A DNA stretch of 64,000 nt from Elusimicrobiota bacterium (GTDB lineage Bacteria > Elusimicrobiota > Elusimicrobia > UBA1565 > UBA9628): the NCBI GenBank assembly GCA_027452025.1, contig DAIDHI010000033.1, forward strand, positions 4,737 through 68,736, given 5' to 3'. The notes beneath the pieces were generated by a model, which worked only from the letters and a program-made list of their open reading frames with translations, was not told the origin of the DNA and did no database searches. The translations under genes and the position numbers were made by a program. Shown here in pieces: positions 8,929-18,716 of this stretch (its first letter is position 1; the number at the start of each line of letters is the position of its first letter).

Positions 8929-9692
8929 CAGAATTCCTTCTTGCGCAGCAGCGAGCGGGCGATCAGCAGCCAGATTCCCGCGTAAAGGGGGGCGTAGGAG
9001 AACGCCAGCCAGGTCGGAGGGCGCTGGGCGGAGGCGGCCGCCAACTGGTCGCGATAATTGAGCAGCTGCAGATCGGGAATCACGAAAGACAGAGCCCGCA
9101 ACGGCGCCATCTGCCATTGGGCCGGTCCCCAGGCGATCATGTAGCGCAGCTCGGGCAGGAAGTGCCCGAGCGTCCAGAGGATCAGCGTGATCGAGAGCGC
9201 CGTCAGCACCGAGGAGGAAAAAAGGGCCAGCGCCACTGCGAGGGCCGCCGTGATCAGCACCTTCAGGTAGGCCCCGAGCAGCGCCAGCGCATAGAGCGAG
9301 TCCCAGCGCCAGCCCTTCAGAAACAGCAGCAGCAGGTGAAAGGCGGCCATGGTCGCCATCGAGGCCGCAGCCGACATGGCCAAGCCCAGGAAGCGGCCGA
9401 ATAGGAATTCGCCCCGGCTGACCGGACGCGTCAGGATGAGATAGATCGTCTTGGCTTCCATCTCGCGCAGGATTACGGTCGTCGCGCCGTAGAGCGCGCC
9501 CGCCAGGCCCATGAGCTCGATGAAGCTGAGGCCGAAGTCGTAGAGGACGCGCACCTCCTGGTCGGCGGCGAGCGCCCCGAGAAGGACGCTGATGTAGAGC
9601 ACCAAGACGGCGAAAACCACGGTCAAGGCGAAGAACTTGCCGCGCACGTTCTCCTGCCAGGAGTTGCGGGCGAGGATCCAGACGTTCCTCAT
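8928..9692 (-). CDS. ABC-2 type transporter permease
   Basis: Six hydrophobic segments and an MRNVWILARNSWQENVRGKFF N-terminus typical of ABC-2/NosY-like permeases. ATGA overlap with the ATPase gene. Confidence 0.7.
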   Translation of the reverse strand: MRNVWILARNSWQENVRGKFFALTVVFAVLVLYISVLLGALAADQEVRVLYDFGLSFIELMGLAGALYGATTVILREMEAKTIYLILTRPVSRGEFLFGRFLGLAMSAAASMATMAAFHLLLLFLKGWRWDSLYALALLGAYLKVLITAALAVALALFSSSVLTALSITLILWTLGHFLPELRYMIAWGPAQWQMAPLRALSFVIPDLQLLNYRDQLAAASAQRPPTWLAFSYAPLYAGIWLLIARSLLRKKEF

Positions 9693-10426
9693 TGCACCGT
9701 CTCCACGAAGAGTCCTTCCAGGCCGTCCTTGGCGCGGGCCCATTCGTCCTGGGCCGCCACGCGCACGAGGCGCCCGTCCTTGAGGATGCCCACCCGGTCG
9801 CAGAGCTTTTCGATCTCGGAGATGCTGTGAGACGAGACGATGAGCGTCTTGCCTCGCCGCTTAAGGCGGGCCAAGCCGTCGCGGAAGTGCTTGATCGCGA
9901 GGGGATCGAGGCCGCTGACCGGCTCATCGAGAATGATGAGCCGCGGGTCGTGCAGGATGGCCTGCGCCAGGCCGACGCGCTGAGTCAGCCCCTTGGAGAG
10001 CTGGCCGATCTTGCGCCCGGCCACGGCTTCGAGGCCGGTCTCGGCGAGAGCCTGGCCGATGCCGGCTTCGAGAGCGGCGCCCTCCAAGCCGGAGAGTCGG
10101 CCGTAGAAGCCCAACGACTCCGCGGGCGTCAGGAAGGGGTAGAAGTAGGGCAGCTCGGGGAGATAGCCGATGCCGCCGTAGGCGCGAAAATCGGAGGCCT
10201 CATGCCCGAGGACGGAAATCTTCCCCGAAGTGGGCCGCAGCAGGCCTAAGGCCAGCTTGAAGGTCGTCGTCTTGCCGGAGCCGTTGAGCCCCAGCAGGCC
10301 GAAAGCCTCGCCCAAAGCGACGGAAAGATCGAGATCCTCGATGCCGCGCGTGTAGGTGGTGCGACCGAGATGAGAATAGGCGTAGGTCTTGCTGACCGCG
10401 GAAAAGACCAGCGCCGCGGCGCTCAC
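9689..10426 (-). CDS. ABC transporter ATP-binding protein
   Basis: Walker A GLNGSGKTT, signature LSKGLTQR and Walker B LIILDEP. GTG start overlapping the serA stop (GTGA). Confidence 0.9.
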   Translation of the reverse strand: MSAAALVFSAVSKTYAYSHLGRTTYTRGIEDLDLSVALGEAFGLLGLNGSGKTTTFKLALGLLRPTSGKISVLGHEASDFRAYGGIGYLPELPYFYPFLTPAESLGFYGRLSGLEGAALEAGIGQALAETGLEAVAGRKIGQLSKGLTQRVGLAQAILHDPRLIILDEPVSGLDPLAIKHFRDGLARLKRRGKTLIVSSHSISEIEKLCDRVGILKDGRLVRVAAQDEWARAKDGLEGLFVETVQ

Positions 10427-12018
10427 AGCCTGACCCAGCGCACGCCCGTGATGCCGGGGATTTCGGACAGCCGCGCGCGCAGGGCGGAGTCGACTTCCTC
10501 GTCGACGGTCAGCACCATGACGGCTTCTCCGTGGGCGGCTTGGCGGCCGACGCGCATGTCGGCGATGTTGATCCCGGACTCGCCGAGCAAGGTCCCGATG
10601 CGGCCGATGACGCCGGGGGTGTCGCGGTTGGTGACGATGAGCAGGTTGCCCTGCGGCCGGACCTCGACGCTCAGGTCGTTGAGCCTCACGATGCGCGGCT
10701 GGCCGGGGGCGGTAAACGCACCCGCCGCGGACACTCGCCCGCGGTCGGTCGCCGCGCTGACGAGCAGCAGCTGCTGAAAACCCTCCCGCGAGCGAGGATC
10801 GGCCGCGTCCGACACCTTGACTCCGCGCTCGCGGGCGATGGCGGGCGCGCTGATGTAGCTGACGCCCTGCACCTGCAAGGCCGCGAGCACGCCTTTGAGC
10901 GCCGCGACGGACAAGGGACGCTGCTGGGAGGGCGTGAATTCGCCGTGAAAGGTGCAGGCCACTTCGCGCAGGCCGGAGTCGATCATCTGGCCGAGGAAGC
11001 GGCCCAGCGTCTCCGCCAAGTCGAGGAAGCCGCCCAGCCCGCGGACCGTGTCGGCGTCGAAGCCCGGGAGGTTGAGCGCGTTGAGCGCCAGGCCTTTTTC
11101 CTGGAAGGAGATCACGCTCGCCGCAAGCTCCGTGGCGACCTTGCCCTGGGCCTCCTGAGTGGATGCGCCCAGGTGGGGAGTCAGGATCACGTTGGGAAGG
11201 CCGCGCAGCGGACTGTCCTGCGGCAGCGGCTCTTTTTCAAAGACGTCCAGGGCGGCCCCGGCGAGACGGCCCTCCTTGAGCGCCGAGGCCAGCGCTTCGA
11301 TATCCACGAGCTCGCCGCGCGCGCAGTTGATGAGGCGCGCGCCCCTCTTGACTCCGGCCAGGGCGGCGGCATCGACGAGTCGCCTCGTCTTGTCGGAGCC
11401 CGGGGCGTGCAGCGTGATGAAATCGCTTCGCGACAGCAGCTCATCGAGCGCGCAGAGCTCGGCGCCCAGCTCCCGCGCGCTGTCGGCGCTGACGAAGGGG
11501 TCGTAGCCGAGCACGGTCATGCCGAAGGCCAGCGCGCGCTTTGCCATCTCGCGGCCGATGCGTCCAAGGCCGACGATCCCGAGGGTCTTACCGTGCAGCT
11601 CCACGCCCATCCACTTGGCGCGCTGCCAGCGTCCGGCCTTGACCTCCGCGTCCGCCTGGGGGACGTTGCGGGCCAGCGCCAGCATGAGCCCGAAGGCGTG
11701 CTCGCAGGCGGCGACGGTGTTGGCGGCCGGGGCGTTGACGACGGCGATGCCGCGCAGCGTCGCCGCCGGCACGTCGATGTTGTCGACGCCCACGCCGGCG
11801 CGCCCGATGAGCCGCAGCGCCTTGGCCTTGGCGATCCAGTCCTTGGTGACCTTGGTCTCGGAGCGCACGAGCCACGCTCCGGCGTCCTGGAGCGCCTTTT
11901 CCAGCTTCTCGGGAGGCGGCGCGAGCTCGTAGCGCAGCTCGATGTCGGGGCGGCTCTCGAGCGGGCGAAGCCCGGCCGGATCGATGGCGTCGGTGACCAG
12001 CACCTTGAGCTTCGCCAT
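10423..12018 (-). CDS. serA: D-3-phosphoglycerate dehydrogenase (long form with C-terminal ACT domain)
   Basis: NAD motif GIVGLGRIGREMA, RGELVD and TPHLGAST catalytic region, and a 531-aa length with an ASB/ACT tail. Confidence 0.9.
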   Translation of the reverse strand: MAKLKVLVTDAIDPAGLRPLESRPDIELRYELAPPPEKLEKALQDAGAWLVRSETKVTKDWIAKAKALRLIGRAGVGVDNIDVPAATLRGIAVVNAPAANTVAACEHAFGLMLALARNVPQADAEVKAGRWQRAKWMGVELHGKTLGIVGLGRIGREMAKRALAFGMTVLGYDPFVSADSARELGAELCALDELLSRSDFITLHAPGSDKTRRLVDAAALAGVKRGARLINCARGELVDIEALASALKEGRLAGAALDVFEKEPLPQDSPLRGLPNVILTPHLGASTQEAQGKVATELAASVISFQEKGLALNALNLPGFDADTVRGLGGFLDLAETLGRFLGQMIDSGLREVACTFHGEFTPSQQRPLSVAALKGVLAALQVQGVSYISAPAIARERGVKVSDAADPRSREGFQQLLLVSAATDRGRVSAAGAFTAPGQPRIVRLNDLSVEVRPQGNLLIVTNRDTPGVIGRIGTLLGESGINIADMRVGRQAAHGEAVMVLTVDEEVDSALRARLSEIPGITGVRWVRL

Positions 12019-12027
12019 GGCTGGATT

Positions 12028-12939
12028 CTACTGAAAATGCCCGCCGGGAGTGAATACCAGCGGGGCCACGGCCTGGGGGCACTCCCTCTGCGGCAGGTGC
12101 CCGCAGCGCGCGACGACCTCGAGGCTGGAGCCCCTGATGAGGCGCCGCAGCCGCCTTCCCACCTCCAGCGGGATGATCCCGTCGGCGCCGCCCCAGACGA
12201 TGGCGACGGGGATATGCAGCCGAGCCAAACGATGGTCGAGCAGCTCGCCGCGGCGCAGCGCGGCGACGACCTCGGCGCTGTGGCGAGCGCGAATCGCCGC
12301 CGCGGCGGCCGCCAGCGCCCGCCGCGGGAGGCGGCGCTGGCGAAAGCTGGCGCGCCGGCTGAACTTCAAGAGGCTGCGCGGCGTCGGATCGACGAGGGCG
12401 CGCGCCGATTCTTCGGCCCGTCCCGAGGGATCTGTGATGCCGGCGGAATCGAGCAAGACCAGCCGCCGGACGCCCTGCGGCCAGTCCAAAGCCAGCCAGA
12501 GCGAGGTCCAGCCTCCGAGGCTGTTGGCGACCACGGCCCAGGAAGGGCAGACGGGCTCCAGGGCCGCGCGCAGCGCGCGGGACTGCGCGCGGATGCCGAA
12601 GCCGGAAGCCGAGACGGGCGGCGACGAGCCGTCGGTTCCCGGCATGTCGACGGCCAGCAGGCGAAGGCCCGGGCGCGACGCGCGCGAATCGAGCAGAAGC
12701 TTGTCCCACGTGAGGGCCGAGTCGCCGAGGCCATGAACGAAGGCCACGCAGCGGCAGGGCTCGCCTGCGCGGCATCCGTCGCGCTCATAAGCGAGCAGCC
12801 CTCCGGAAAGCTCCACGCGCCGCGCGCCCGCGGCCCATAGCCGGGCCCGCCGCCAAGCGACGTCGGCCTGGTAGGGCGCCAGCCACACGGCGGCCGCGGC
12901 GGCCAGAAGGGCCGCGGCGACGGCGGAAAGGAAGCGCAA
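12028..12939 (-). CDS. Membrane-anchored alpha/beta-fold hydrolase
   Basis: HGLGDS oxyanion region, nucleophile elbow ANSLGGW and C-terminal RCGHLPQ histidine. N-terminal hydrophobic anchor. The start is tentative (TTG 12939), because the frame is open far upstream into the aminotransferase gene. Confidence 0.6.
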   Translation of the reverse strand: MRFLSAVAAALLAAAAAVWLAPYQADVAWRRARLWAAGARRVELSGGLLAYERDGCRAGEPCRCVAFVHGLGDSALTWDKLLLDSRASRPGLRLLAVDMPGTDGSSPPVSASGFGIRAQSRALRAALEPVCPSWAVVANSLGGWTSLWLALDWPQGVRRLVLLDSAGITDPSGRAEESARALVDPTPRSLLKFSRRASFRQRRLPRRALAAAAAAIRARHSAEVVAALRRGELLDHRLARLHIPVAIVWGGADGIIPLEVGRRLRRLIRGSSLEVVARCGHLPQRECPQAVAPLVFTPGGHFQ

Positions 12940-12947
12940 GATGAAGG

Positions 12948-14036
12948 CTAGACGCCCGCCTTCGAGAGCCGTGCTTCCAGCGCGGCGAAGCCGGCGTCGA
13001 GGTCGGCCTTGGTGATGTAGCCCATGTGGGCGATGCGGATGATCTTGCCCTTGAGCTGCACCTGTCCGCCGGCGATCGATATGCCTTCCTTGGCCAGGAT
13101 GTCCTTGATCAGGGCGTCGCCGTCGACGCCGGCGGGCATATTGATCGCGGTGAGAATGTTGGCGGGGTCCTTGGCGAAGAGGGAAAGTCCCTGCCGCCCG
13201 GCCCAAGCGCGAGTGTAACGGGCCAGCTCGGCCGTGCGCTTCCAGACGTTCTCGATGCCTTCGTGGCGGATCATCTTGAGCGCCTCGGCTTGGCCGGCGA
13301 CCAGGGTCACGCCCGGGGTGTAAGGCGTTTCCCGGTTCTTGAGAGACTTGCGCATCGCGCGCCAATCGAAGTAGAAGCGGGGGAGCTTGGCCGACTCGAC
13401 GAGGGGCCAGGCGCGCTCGGAGACGGCGGCGAACGCGAGGCCGGGAGCGCACATCAGGCCCTTTTGCGAGCCGGTCAACACCACGTCCAGGCCCCAGGAA
13501 TCCATCTTGAGAGGTTCGGCCGCTAAGCCCGACACCGAATCGACCACGACGACCGCGGCCGATTGCTCGCGCACTTCGTGCGCGAGCTTCTCCAAGTCAT
13601 TGACCACTCCGGTGCTGGTATCCGTATGCTGGAAAAACACGGCCTTGACGTCCTTGTTCGCCTGCAAGGCCTGGCGCAGCCTCGCGGGGTCGGCGGCATG
13701 GCCCCACTCCTCGGCCACGACGACGGGGGAGACTCCGTAGGCCTTGGCGATGGAGACGAAGCGGTCGCCGAAGGCGCCCGTGGTGTGGACGATGATCTTA
13801 TCGCCGGGCGAAAGGAGATTGACGACGGCCGACTCCATCGAGCCGGTGCCCGACGTCGTCATCATCAGCACCGTGGCGCCCTGAGTCTGGTAAACGTAGC
13901 GCATGTCGTCTAGCACCGCGTCGAAAAGATCCCCGAACTCCTGGGTTCGGTGATGGAGGATCGGCCTCGCCATGGCCTCCGAGACGGCGGGAGGCAGGGG
14001 CGTGGGGCCGGGGGTCAGCAGGATATAGCGTTTCAT
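12948..14036 (-). CDS. Class-V (AGXT-type) aminotransferase, probable phosphoserine/serine aminotransferase
   Basis: MKRYILLTPGPTPLP N-terminus and PLP-lysine motif TGSQKGLMCAPG. Positioned two genes upstream of serA. Confidence 0.8.
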   Translation of the reverse strand: MKRYILLTPGPTPLPPAVSEAMARPILHHRTQEFGDLFDAVLDDMRYVYQTQGATVLMMTTSGTGSMESAVVNLLSPGDKIIVHTTGAFGDRFVSIAKAYGVSPVVVAEEWGHAADPARLRQALQANKDVKAVFFQHTDTSTGVVNDLEKLAHEVREQSAAVVVVDSVSGLAAEPLKMDSWGLDVVLTGSQKGLMCAPGLAFAAVSERAWPLVESAKLPRFYFDWRAMRKSLKNRETPYTPGVTLVAGQAEALKMIRHEGIENVWKRTAELARYTRAWAGRQGLSLFAKDPANILTAINMPAGVDGDALIKDILAKEGISIAGGQVQLKGKIIRIAHMGYITKADLDAGFAALEARLSKAGV

Positions 14037-14048
14037 AGAGAATGCCGG

Positions 14049-16469
14049 TCAGGCCATGCCGCCCGGGGGCGGCGAGGCGGGCCGGTCGCCGAGCCAGGGC
14101 GCGGGCTGCGGAGGCTTGGCCTGGCGCGACGCGCCGGCCGGCGACAGGACCAAGTCGAGCACCTCGTGGAAGTGCTTGACGGCGATGAGCTTCATCTCGG
14201 ACTGGATCTCGGCCGGGATGTCCTCGAGGTCCTTCTTGTTCTGGTCGGGGAAAATCACCGTCCGAAGCCCCTCGCGGTGGGCGGCCAGCACCTTCTCCTT
14301 GAGCCCGCCGATCGCAAGGACCCGGCCGCGCAGCGTGAGCTCGCCCGTCATGGCGAGCCCGGGCACGACGGCGCGCCCGGTCATGAGGCTGACCAGGGCC
14401 GAGGCGATGGCGATGCCCGCGGAAGGGCCGTCCTTCGGCGTGGCGCCCTCGGGCACGTGGACGTGGTAGTCGACGTCCTTGAAGAGGTCGGGCGACAGTC
14501 CGAGCTCCTTGGAGATCGCCTTGAGATAGGAGAAGCCGGCCTGCGCGGATTCGATCATGACGGAGCCGAGCTTGCCGGTCAGCTTGAGCTCGCCTTTCCC
14601 GGGCATCGAGACCGCCTCGATCGCCATCGTCACGCCGCCGACCTCGGTCCAGGCCAGGCCCGTGGACACTCCGACGGCGTTGAAGGAGTTCTTCTCGCGC
14701 AGGAACTTCGGCACGCCCAAAAACTGCGGGAGGTTCTCCGCGTCGATGGCGATCTTCTTGCTCGCGTCCTCGACGAGCCGTATGGCCGCCTTGCGCGAAA
14801 GCGTCGCCATCTCGCGATTGAGGCTGCGCACGCCGGCCTCGCGCGTGTATTCCTCGATGGTCCGGTCGATTGCGGAATCCGCGACCGTCACCGAATCCGG
14901 CTTGAGCCCGTGCTCCTTGAGTTGCTTGGGGACCAGGTAATTGCGCGCGATGAGGCGTTTCTCATTGTGCGTGTAGCCGGCGAAGCGCAGGATCTCCAGG
15001 CGGTCCTGGAGCGTGACGGGAATGCCGTCGAGGGTATTGGCCGTGCAGATGAACATCACCTGCGACAAGTCGAACTCCACGTCGAGGTAGTGGTCCAAGA
15101 AGGTCGAGTTCTGCTCCGGGTCGAGGACCTCGAGCAGGGCGGCTGCGGGGTCGCCGCGCCAATCCATGCCCATCTTGTCGATCTCGTCGAGCAGGAACAG
15201 GGGATTGCGGCTGCCCGCCTTTCTGATGGACTGCATGATGCGTCCCGGAAGGGAGCCGATATAGGTGCGGCGGTGGCCGCGAATCTCCGCCTCGTCGCGC
15301 ACCCCGCCCAAAGACATCCGCACGAACTTGCGTCCCAGCGATTTCGCGATCGACTGGCCGAGGGAGGTCTTGCCCACGCCGGGAGGGCCGACAAAGCAAA
15401 GGATCGGGCCGCGCAGGCCCTTGGTCAGCTTGGTGACGGCGATGTGTTCGAGAATGCGCTCCTTGACCTTTTTGAGGTCGTAGTGATCGGCCTCCAGGAT
15501 CTCCTGGGCGCGCTTGACATCGAGGTTGTCGCGCGTGCGCTTGGACCACGGGATGTGGATCATCCAATCCAGATACGTGCGCGAGACCGTGGACTCGGGC
15601 GAGTACGGCATCATCTTCTCGAGGCGGTTGACCTCCTTGACGGCGGCCTCCTCGGCCGCCTTGGGCATCCCCGCCTCCTTGACCTGCTTCTTGAGGTCCT
15701 CGATCTCCTGGGCGAAATCGTCCTTCTGGCGCAGTTCCTTCTGGATCGCCTTCATCTGCTCCGTCAGGTAGTATTCCTTCTGCGTCTTCTCGATTTGGGT
15801 CTTGACCCGCGTGTGGATCTTGCGCTCCAAAGTCAGGATCTCGATATCGGCCTTGAGCAGCTCGATGATGCGCTCGAGCCTCCTGGCCGTCTCCACGATC
15901 TCGAGCACCTCCTGGCGCTCCCCGGTCTTGACCAGGGCGTTGGCCGCGATGGTGTCGGCGACCTGCGAGGGGTCCTCGATGTGCCCGAGGGCGGCCACCA
16001 CTTCCGCGGAGGAGCGGCGCGCGAGCTTCGCGTGCTCGTCGAAGACGTCGATGGAATGGCGCATGAGCGCCTTGATCTCCGGGGTGATGGCGACGGGCTT
16101 CTCGGGGTATTCGAGGTCGGCCTCCCAATAGCCTTTCTCTTCCGGGAACTCGAGGGTCTTGGTGTGCACGCGCGCCAAGCCCTGCAGGAAGACCTTCAGC
16201 GTCCCATCCGGCATCTTGAGGAACTGCACGACCTCGACGAGGACGCCGATCTTGAAGAGCTCGTCTTGCTGAGGATCTTCGAGCTGGACCTCCTTCTGGG
16301 CGACGACGGCCAGGAGCTTGGACTCGTCCTTCATCGCCGCCTCGATGGCTTTGATGGACTTGGCCCGTCCGACCGACAGCGGCAGGACCATGTGGGGGAA
16401 GACGACGACGTCGCGCACCGCCAGCAGCGGCAGGTGCTCGGGGCGCTTCGTGGTCTTGGGGACGCTCAT
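14049..16469 (-). CDS. lon: ATP-dependent Lon protease
   Basis: Lon N-domain ([16 protein letters not shown]), Walker [10 protein letters not shown] and protease serine motif [10 protein letters not shown]. Confidence 0.95.
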   Translation of the reverse strand: MSVPKTTKRPEHLPLLAVRDVVVFPHMVLPLSVGRAKSIKAIEAAMKDESKLLAVVAQKEVQLEDPQQDELFKIGVLVEVVQFLKMPDGTLKVFLQGLARVHTKTLEFPEEKGYWEADLEYPEKPVAITPEIKALMRHSIDVFDEHAKLARRSSAEVVAALGHIEDPSQVADTIAANALVKTGERQEVLEIVETARRLERIIELLKADIEILTLERKIHTRVKTQIEKTQKEYYLTEQMKAIQKELRQKDDFAQEIEDLKKQVKEAGMPKAAEEAAVKEVNRLEKMMPYSPESTVSRTYLDWMIHIPWSKRTRDNLDVKRAQEILEADHYDLKKVKERILEHIAVTKLTKGLRGPILCFVGPPGVGKTSLGQSIAKSLGRKFVRMSLGGVRDEAEIRGHRRTYIGSLPGRIMQSIRKAGSRNPLFLLDEIDKMGMDWRGDPAAALLEVLDPEQNSTFLDHYLDVEFDLSQVMFICTANTLDGIPVTLQDRLEILRFAGYTHNEKRLIARNYLVPKQLKEHGLKPDSVTVADSAIDRTIEEYTREAGVRSLNREMATLSRKAAIRLVEDASKKIAIDAENLPQFLGVPKFLREKNSFNAVGVSTGLAWTEVGGVTMAIEAVSMPGKGELKLTGKLGSVMIESAQAGFSYLKAISKELGLSPDLFKDVDYHVHVPEGATPKDGPSAGIAIASALVSLMTGRAVVPGLAMTGELTLRGRVLAIGGLKEKVLAAHREGLRTVIFPDQNKKDLEDIPAEIQSEMKLIAVKHFHEVLDLVLSPAGASRQAKPPQPAPWLGDRPASPPPGGMA

Positions 16470-17071
16470 TTCTTGGGGGCGAAGTCGAGCACGTGATCGA
16501 CGATGCCGTACTCCAGGGCTTCCTTGGCCGACAAATAGTAGTTACGCTCCGTATCCTTGCGGATGCGGTCCTCGGGCTGGCCGGTGTGGGCGGCGAGGAT
16601 GCCGATGAGGCGGTCCTTCGTCTTGCCCATCTCCTCGGCTTCGATGACGATGTCGGTGGCCTGCCCGGAGATGCCTCCGCGCACCAGCGGCTGGTGCATC
16701 ATGACGCGCGCGTGGGGCAGGATATAGCGCTTGCCTTTGGTCCCGGCCGCGAGCAATACGGCGCCGAAAGACATGGCCATGCCCATGCACATCGTGGAGA
16801 TCGGAGCCCGGATATACTGCATCGTGTCGTAGACGGCCAAGCCGGCCGTCACCATCCCGCCCGGGGAATTGATGTAGAGGTTGATGTCCTTGGTGTTGTC
16901 CTCGGCGTCGAGGTAAAGAAGCTGGGAAATGATGAGGTTCGCGGAGTCGGTGGTGACCACGCCTTCCTGGCCGCCGGCGAAGACGATGCGCTCCTTGAGG
17001 AGACGCGAAAAGATGTCGTAGCCGATGGCGGCGCCCTGGGTCCAGCGCTCGAGAATCGTAGGGATTACCAT
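16466..17071 (-). CDS. clpP: ATP-dependent Clp protease proteolytic subunit
   Basis: Catalytic Ser in [11 protein letters not shown] and His in MMHQP. The stop overlaps the lon start (ATGA). Confidence 0.95.
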   Translation of the reverse strand: MVIPTILERWTQGAAIGYDIFSRLLKERIVFAGGQEGVVTTDSANLIISQLLYLDAEDNTKDINLYINSPGGMVTAGLAVYDTMQYIRAPISTMCMGMAMSFGAVLLAAGTKGKRYILPHARVMMHQPLVRGGISGQATDIVIEAEEMGKTKDRLIGILAAHTGQPEDRIRKDTERNYYLSAKEALEYGIVDHVLDFAPKK

Positions 17072-17124
17072 GGCAAAATGATAGCTCTTTGCCCCGGGCC
17101 TAACAAGCGCGCCCCGACGGCGCG

Positions 17125-18402
17125 CTAGGCTTCGGTAATGACCGCTTTCTCGCGGATGAAGGCGAGGGTCTTGCGGTCGCGGATCATGCCGGCGATGGCG
17201 TCCTTGCGCTCCTCGAAGAGCTTGCGAATCTCCTCCTTCTTATCGTCGTTCTCGATGGCGGCGAGGTTCTTTTCGAGCTCGGCTTGGAGGTCGGAATCGA
17301 GAGCCTGGAGCTTCTCCTTCTCGGCGATCGCCGGCAGGAGGTAGGAGATGCGCACCTCGTCCTCGGCGCGCGGCTTGAGCTTCTCGCTCAGGTCCTTGGC
17401 CTGCTCCTGCGTAAGCTCGCCCTTGGGCCCGACGAGTTGGCGCTTGACGCGCTCCATGAGGTGCTCGAGCTGCGCCTCGACAAGGGACGGCGGCAGGGGG
17501 ATCTTGTTGGCCTTGAGCAGGGCTTCCTCGATCTGCTGGGACACCTCGCGCTCGGTCTTGGACTTGGCCTCCTCTTCCATGACCTCGCGCAGCTTGGCCT
17601 TGAGCAGGTCGACGCTTTCAAAGCCCATGTCCTTGGCGAACTCGGCGTCGATCTCGGGCAGCACCTTGCGCTTGATCTCCTTGACCGCGACCTTCAAGGC
17701 AGAGGGCTTGCCCTCGAGCTTGACGGAGATCTCCTTGGACTCCTCGCGCTTCATGCCGACGAGGCCCTCGATCAAGCCCTCGACCGTCTGCTCCGAGGAC
17801 ATGTCGACGAGCTCGTTTTGGCCTTTGGCATTGGGTAGCGCCTTGCCGCCCTGGAAGGCCTCGTAATCGATCACGACGTAGTGGTTCTTGGCGACGGCTT
17901 CCTCGGCGGCCTTCTCCAGCCGCGCGTTGGCTTCCCGCAGCTCCTGCAGCCGCGCGCCCACCTGCTCATCGGTGACGGGATAGCTCTTCCTCTTGATCGC
18001 GATCTTCGTGTAGTCCTTGGGCGTGACGACGGGCGCGGTCTCGGCGCGCACCTGAAGCTTCAGGGGCTTGCCCTCGTCCCACTTCACGTCCTCGACGGTG
18101 GGCGCGGCCACGGGCCGGATGCCCAGCTCGCGCATGGTCTCGGGCACATGCTTGCGGATCAAGGAGTCGAGCACCTGCTCGCGCGCGTGGCCGGTGAATT
18201 CCTTTTTGACCAGGTCGAGCGGCGCCTTGCCGGGCCGGAATCCCGGGATCTTGGCGCGCTGCTGGATGCGCACCAGGAGATTCTGGGTCTCGTTGTCGAC
18301 CTCGGCGGGAGGGATCTCGATGGAGAAGGTGACCTGACAGCCTTCTTCCTTGAGCTTCTTGGACCTGACCTTCTCGGACTTCTCGGACGTGAACAAACCC
18401 AT
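17125..18402 (-). CDS. tig: Trigger factor
   Basis: Ribosome-binding motif PGFRPGKAP and the three-domain length. GGAGGAG SD before ATG 18402. The track ORF (to 18573) runs through a tRNA and is over-extended. Confidence 0.9.
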   Translation of the reverse strand: MGLFTSEKSEKVRSKKLKEEGCQVTFSIEIPPAEVDNETQNLLVRIQQRAKIPGFRPGKAPLDLVKKEFTGHAREQVLDSLIRKHVPETMRELGIRPVAAPTVEDVKWDEGKPLKLQVRAETAPVVTPKDYTKIAIKRKSYPVTDEQVGARLQELREANARLEKAAEEAVAKNHYVVIDYEAFQGGKALPNAKGQNELVDMSSEQTVEGLIEGLVGMKREESKEISVKLEGKPSALKVAVKEIKRKVLPEIDAEFAKDMGFESVDLLKAKLREVMEEEAKSKTEREVSQQIEEALLKANKIPLPPSLVEAQLEHLMERVKRQLVGPKGELTQEQAKDLSEKLKPRAEDEVRISYLLPAIAEKEKLQALDSDLQAELEKNLAAIENDDKKEEIRKLFEERKDAIAGMIRDRKTLAFIREKAVITEA

Positions 18403-18422
18403 GATCTCCTCCGTCGAACGCT

Positions 18423-18506
18423 TGGGCGGGGGGGGACTTGAACCCCCATACCGGTTAAGGTACACGGTCCTAAGCCGTGCGCGTCTGCCAGTTCCGCCAC
18501 CCGCCC
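18423..18506 (-). tRNA. tRNA-Leu (anticodon TAG)
   Basis: Hand-folded. Acceptor GGGCGGG/CCCGCCC, perfect anticodon stem CACGG/CCGTG with loop CTTAGGA, long variable arm, and T-arm GGGGG-TTCAAGT-CCCCC. No encoded CCA. Confidence 0.85.
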
Positions 18507-18523
18507 CAAAACAGAGCGGTCCC

Positions 18524-18555
18524 AATAAAAAAGGGACCGGTGAAGCCTTGGTCCC
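18524..18555 (-). terminator. Hairpin plus T-run between tRNA-Lys and tRNA-Leu
   Basis: On the minus strand: GGGACC, an 11-nt loop, GGTCCC, then TTTTTTATT. A third GGGACC copy (18518-18523) could form an alternative hairpin. Confidence 0.45.
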
Positions 18556-18562
18556 GAAATCT

Positions 18563-18636
18563 TGGGCCATCACGGACTCGAACCGTGAACCTTATCCTTA
18601 AGAGGGATCTGCTCTAACCAGTTGAGCTAATGGCCC
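18563..18636 (-). tRNA. tRNA-Lys (anticodon CTT)
   Basis: Hand-folded, 74 nt. Acceptor GGGCCAT/ATGGCCC, D-arm GCTC..GAGC, anticodon loop CTCTTAA, and T-arm CACGG-TTCGAGT-CCGTG. Confidence 0.85.
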
Positions 18637-18682
18637 GTGCGGCTATTATAGCACAGCCTCGGCTTCCTTAACAAATTTGACA

Positions 18683-18710
18683 TTGCAAAAATCTCGGCCG
18701 CTGTTATACT
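18683..18710 (+). promoter_or_regulatory. Sigma70-like promoter TTGCAA-16 nt-TATACT
   Basis: Seen in the AT-rich spacer. The -10 element ends 6 nt before the ATG at 18717. Confidence 0.5.
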
Positions 18711-18716
18711 CACGGC

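Noticed and set aside
6386-9927. Track ORFs 6386..8893 and 8197..9927, which look like large fusion proteins
   Set aside because: Each is a real gene (YfhO-like, TPR lipoprotein) whose frame happens to stay open upstream through the neighbouring gene. The upstream parts are Arg-rich nonsense, and proper starts with TGATG overlaps exist at 8197 and 8928.
12028-12939. The alpha/beta hydrolase between the aminotransferase and serA as the missing phosphoserine phosphatase
   Set aside because: This is attractive from context only. A Ser-nucleophile alpha/beta hydrolase with an N-terminal membrane anchor does not fit the known phosphoserine phosphatase families I know of (HAD-type SerB and the histidine-phosphatase type). 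There is no supporting motif, so it is left as a generic hydrolase.
10531-16496. Long plus-strand ORFs 10531..12840 (769 aa) and 13950..16496 (848 aa)
   Set aside because: They are antisense to serA, the hydrolase, the aminotransferase and lon. No motifs are present and the composition is dominated by G, R, D, L and E. These are artefacts of GC-skewed codon usage.
14049-17071. Lon and ClpP as components of a protease-based defence or toxin-antitoxin system
   Set aside because: Both are full-length canonical housekeeping proteases in the classic trigger-factor neighbourhood. No small toxin/antitoxin-like ORF pairs are adjacent.
18403-18573. N-terminal 57-aa extension of the trigger factor ORF in the track
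   Set aside because: The extension reads through tRNA-Leu (18423..18506). Met58 at 18402 has a GGAGGAG SD and matches the normal Tig N-terminus.
18423-18636. tRNA-Lys/tRNA-Leu (and tRNA-Met at 33954) as integration sites of a genomic island
   Set aside because: There is no integrase, no direct repeat of the tRNA 3' end, no GC shift and no mobile-element genes on either side. The flanking genes are core functions.
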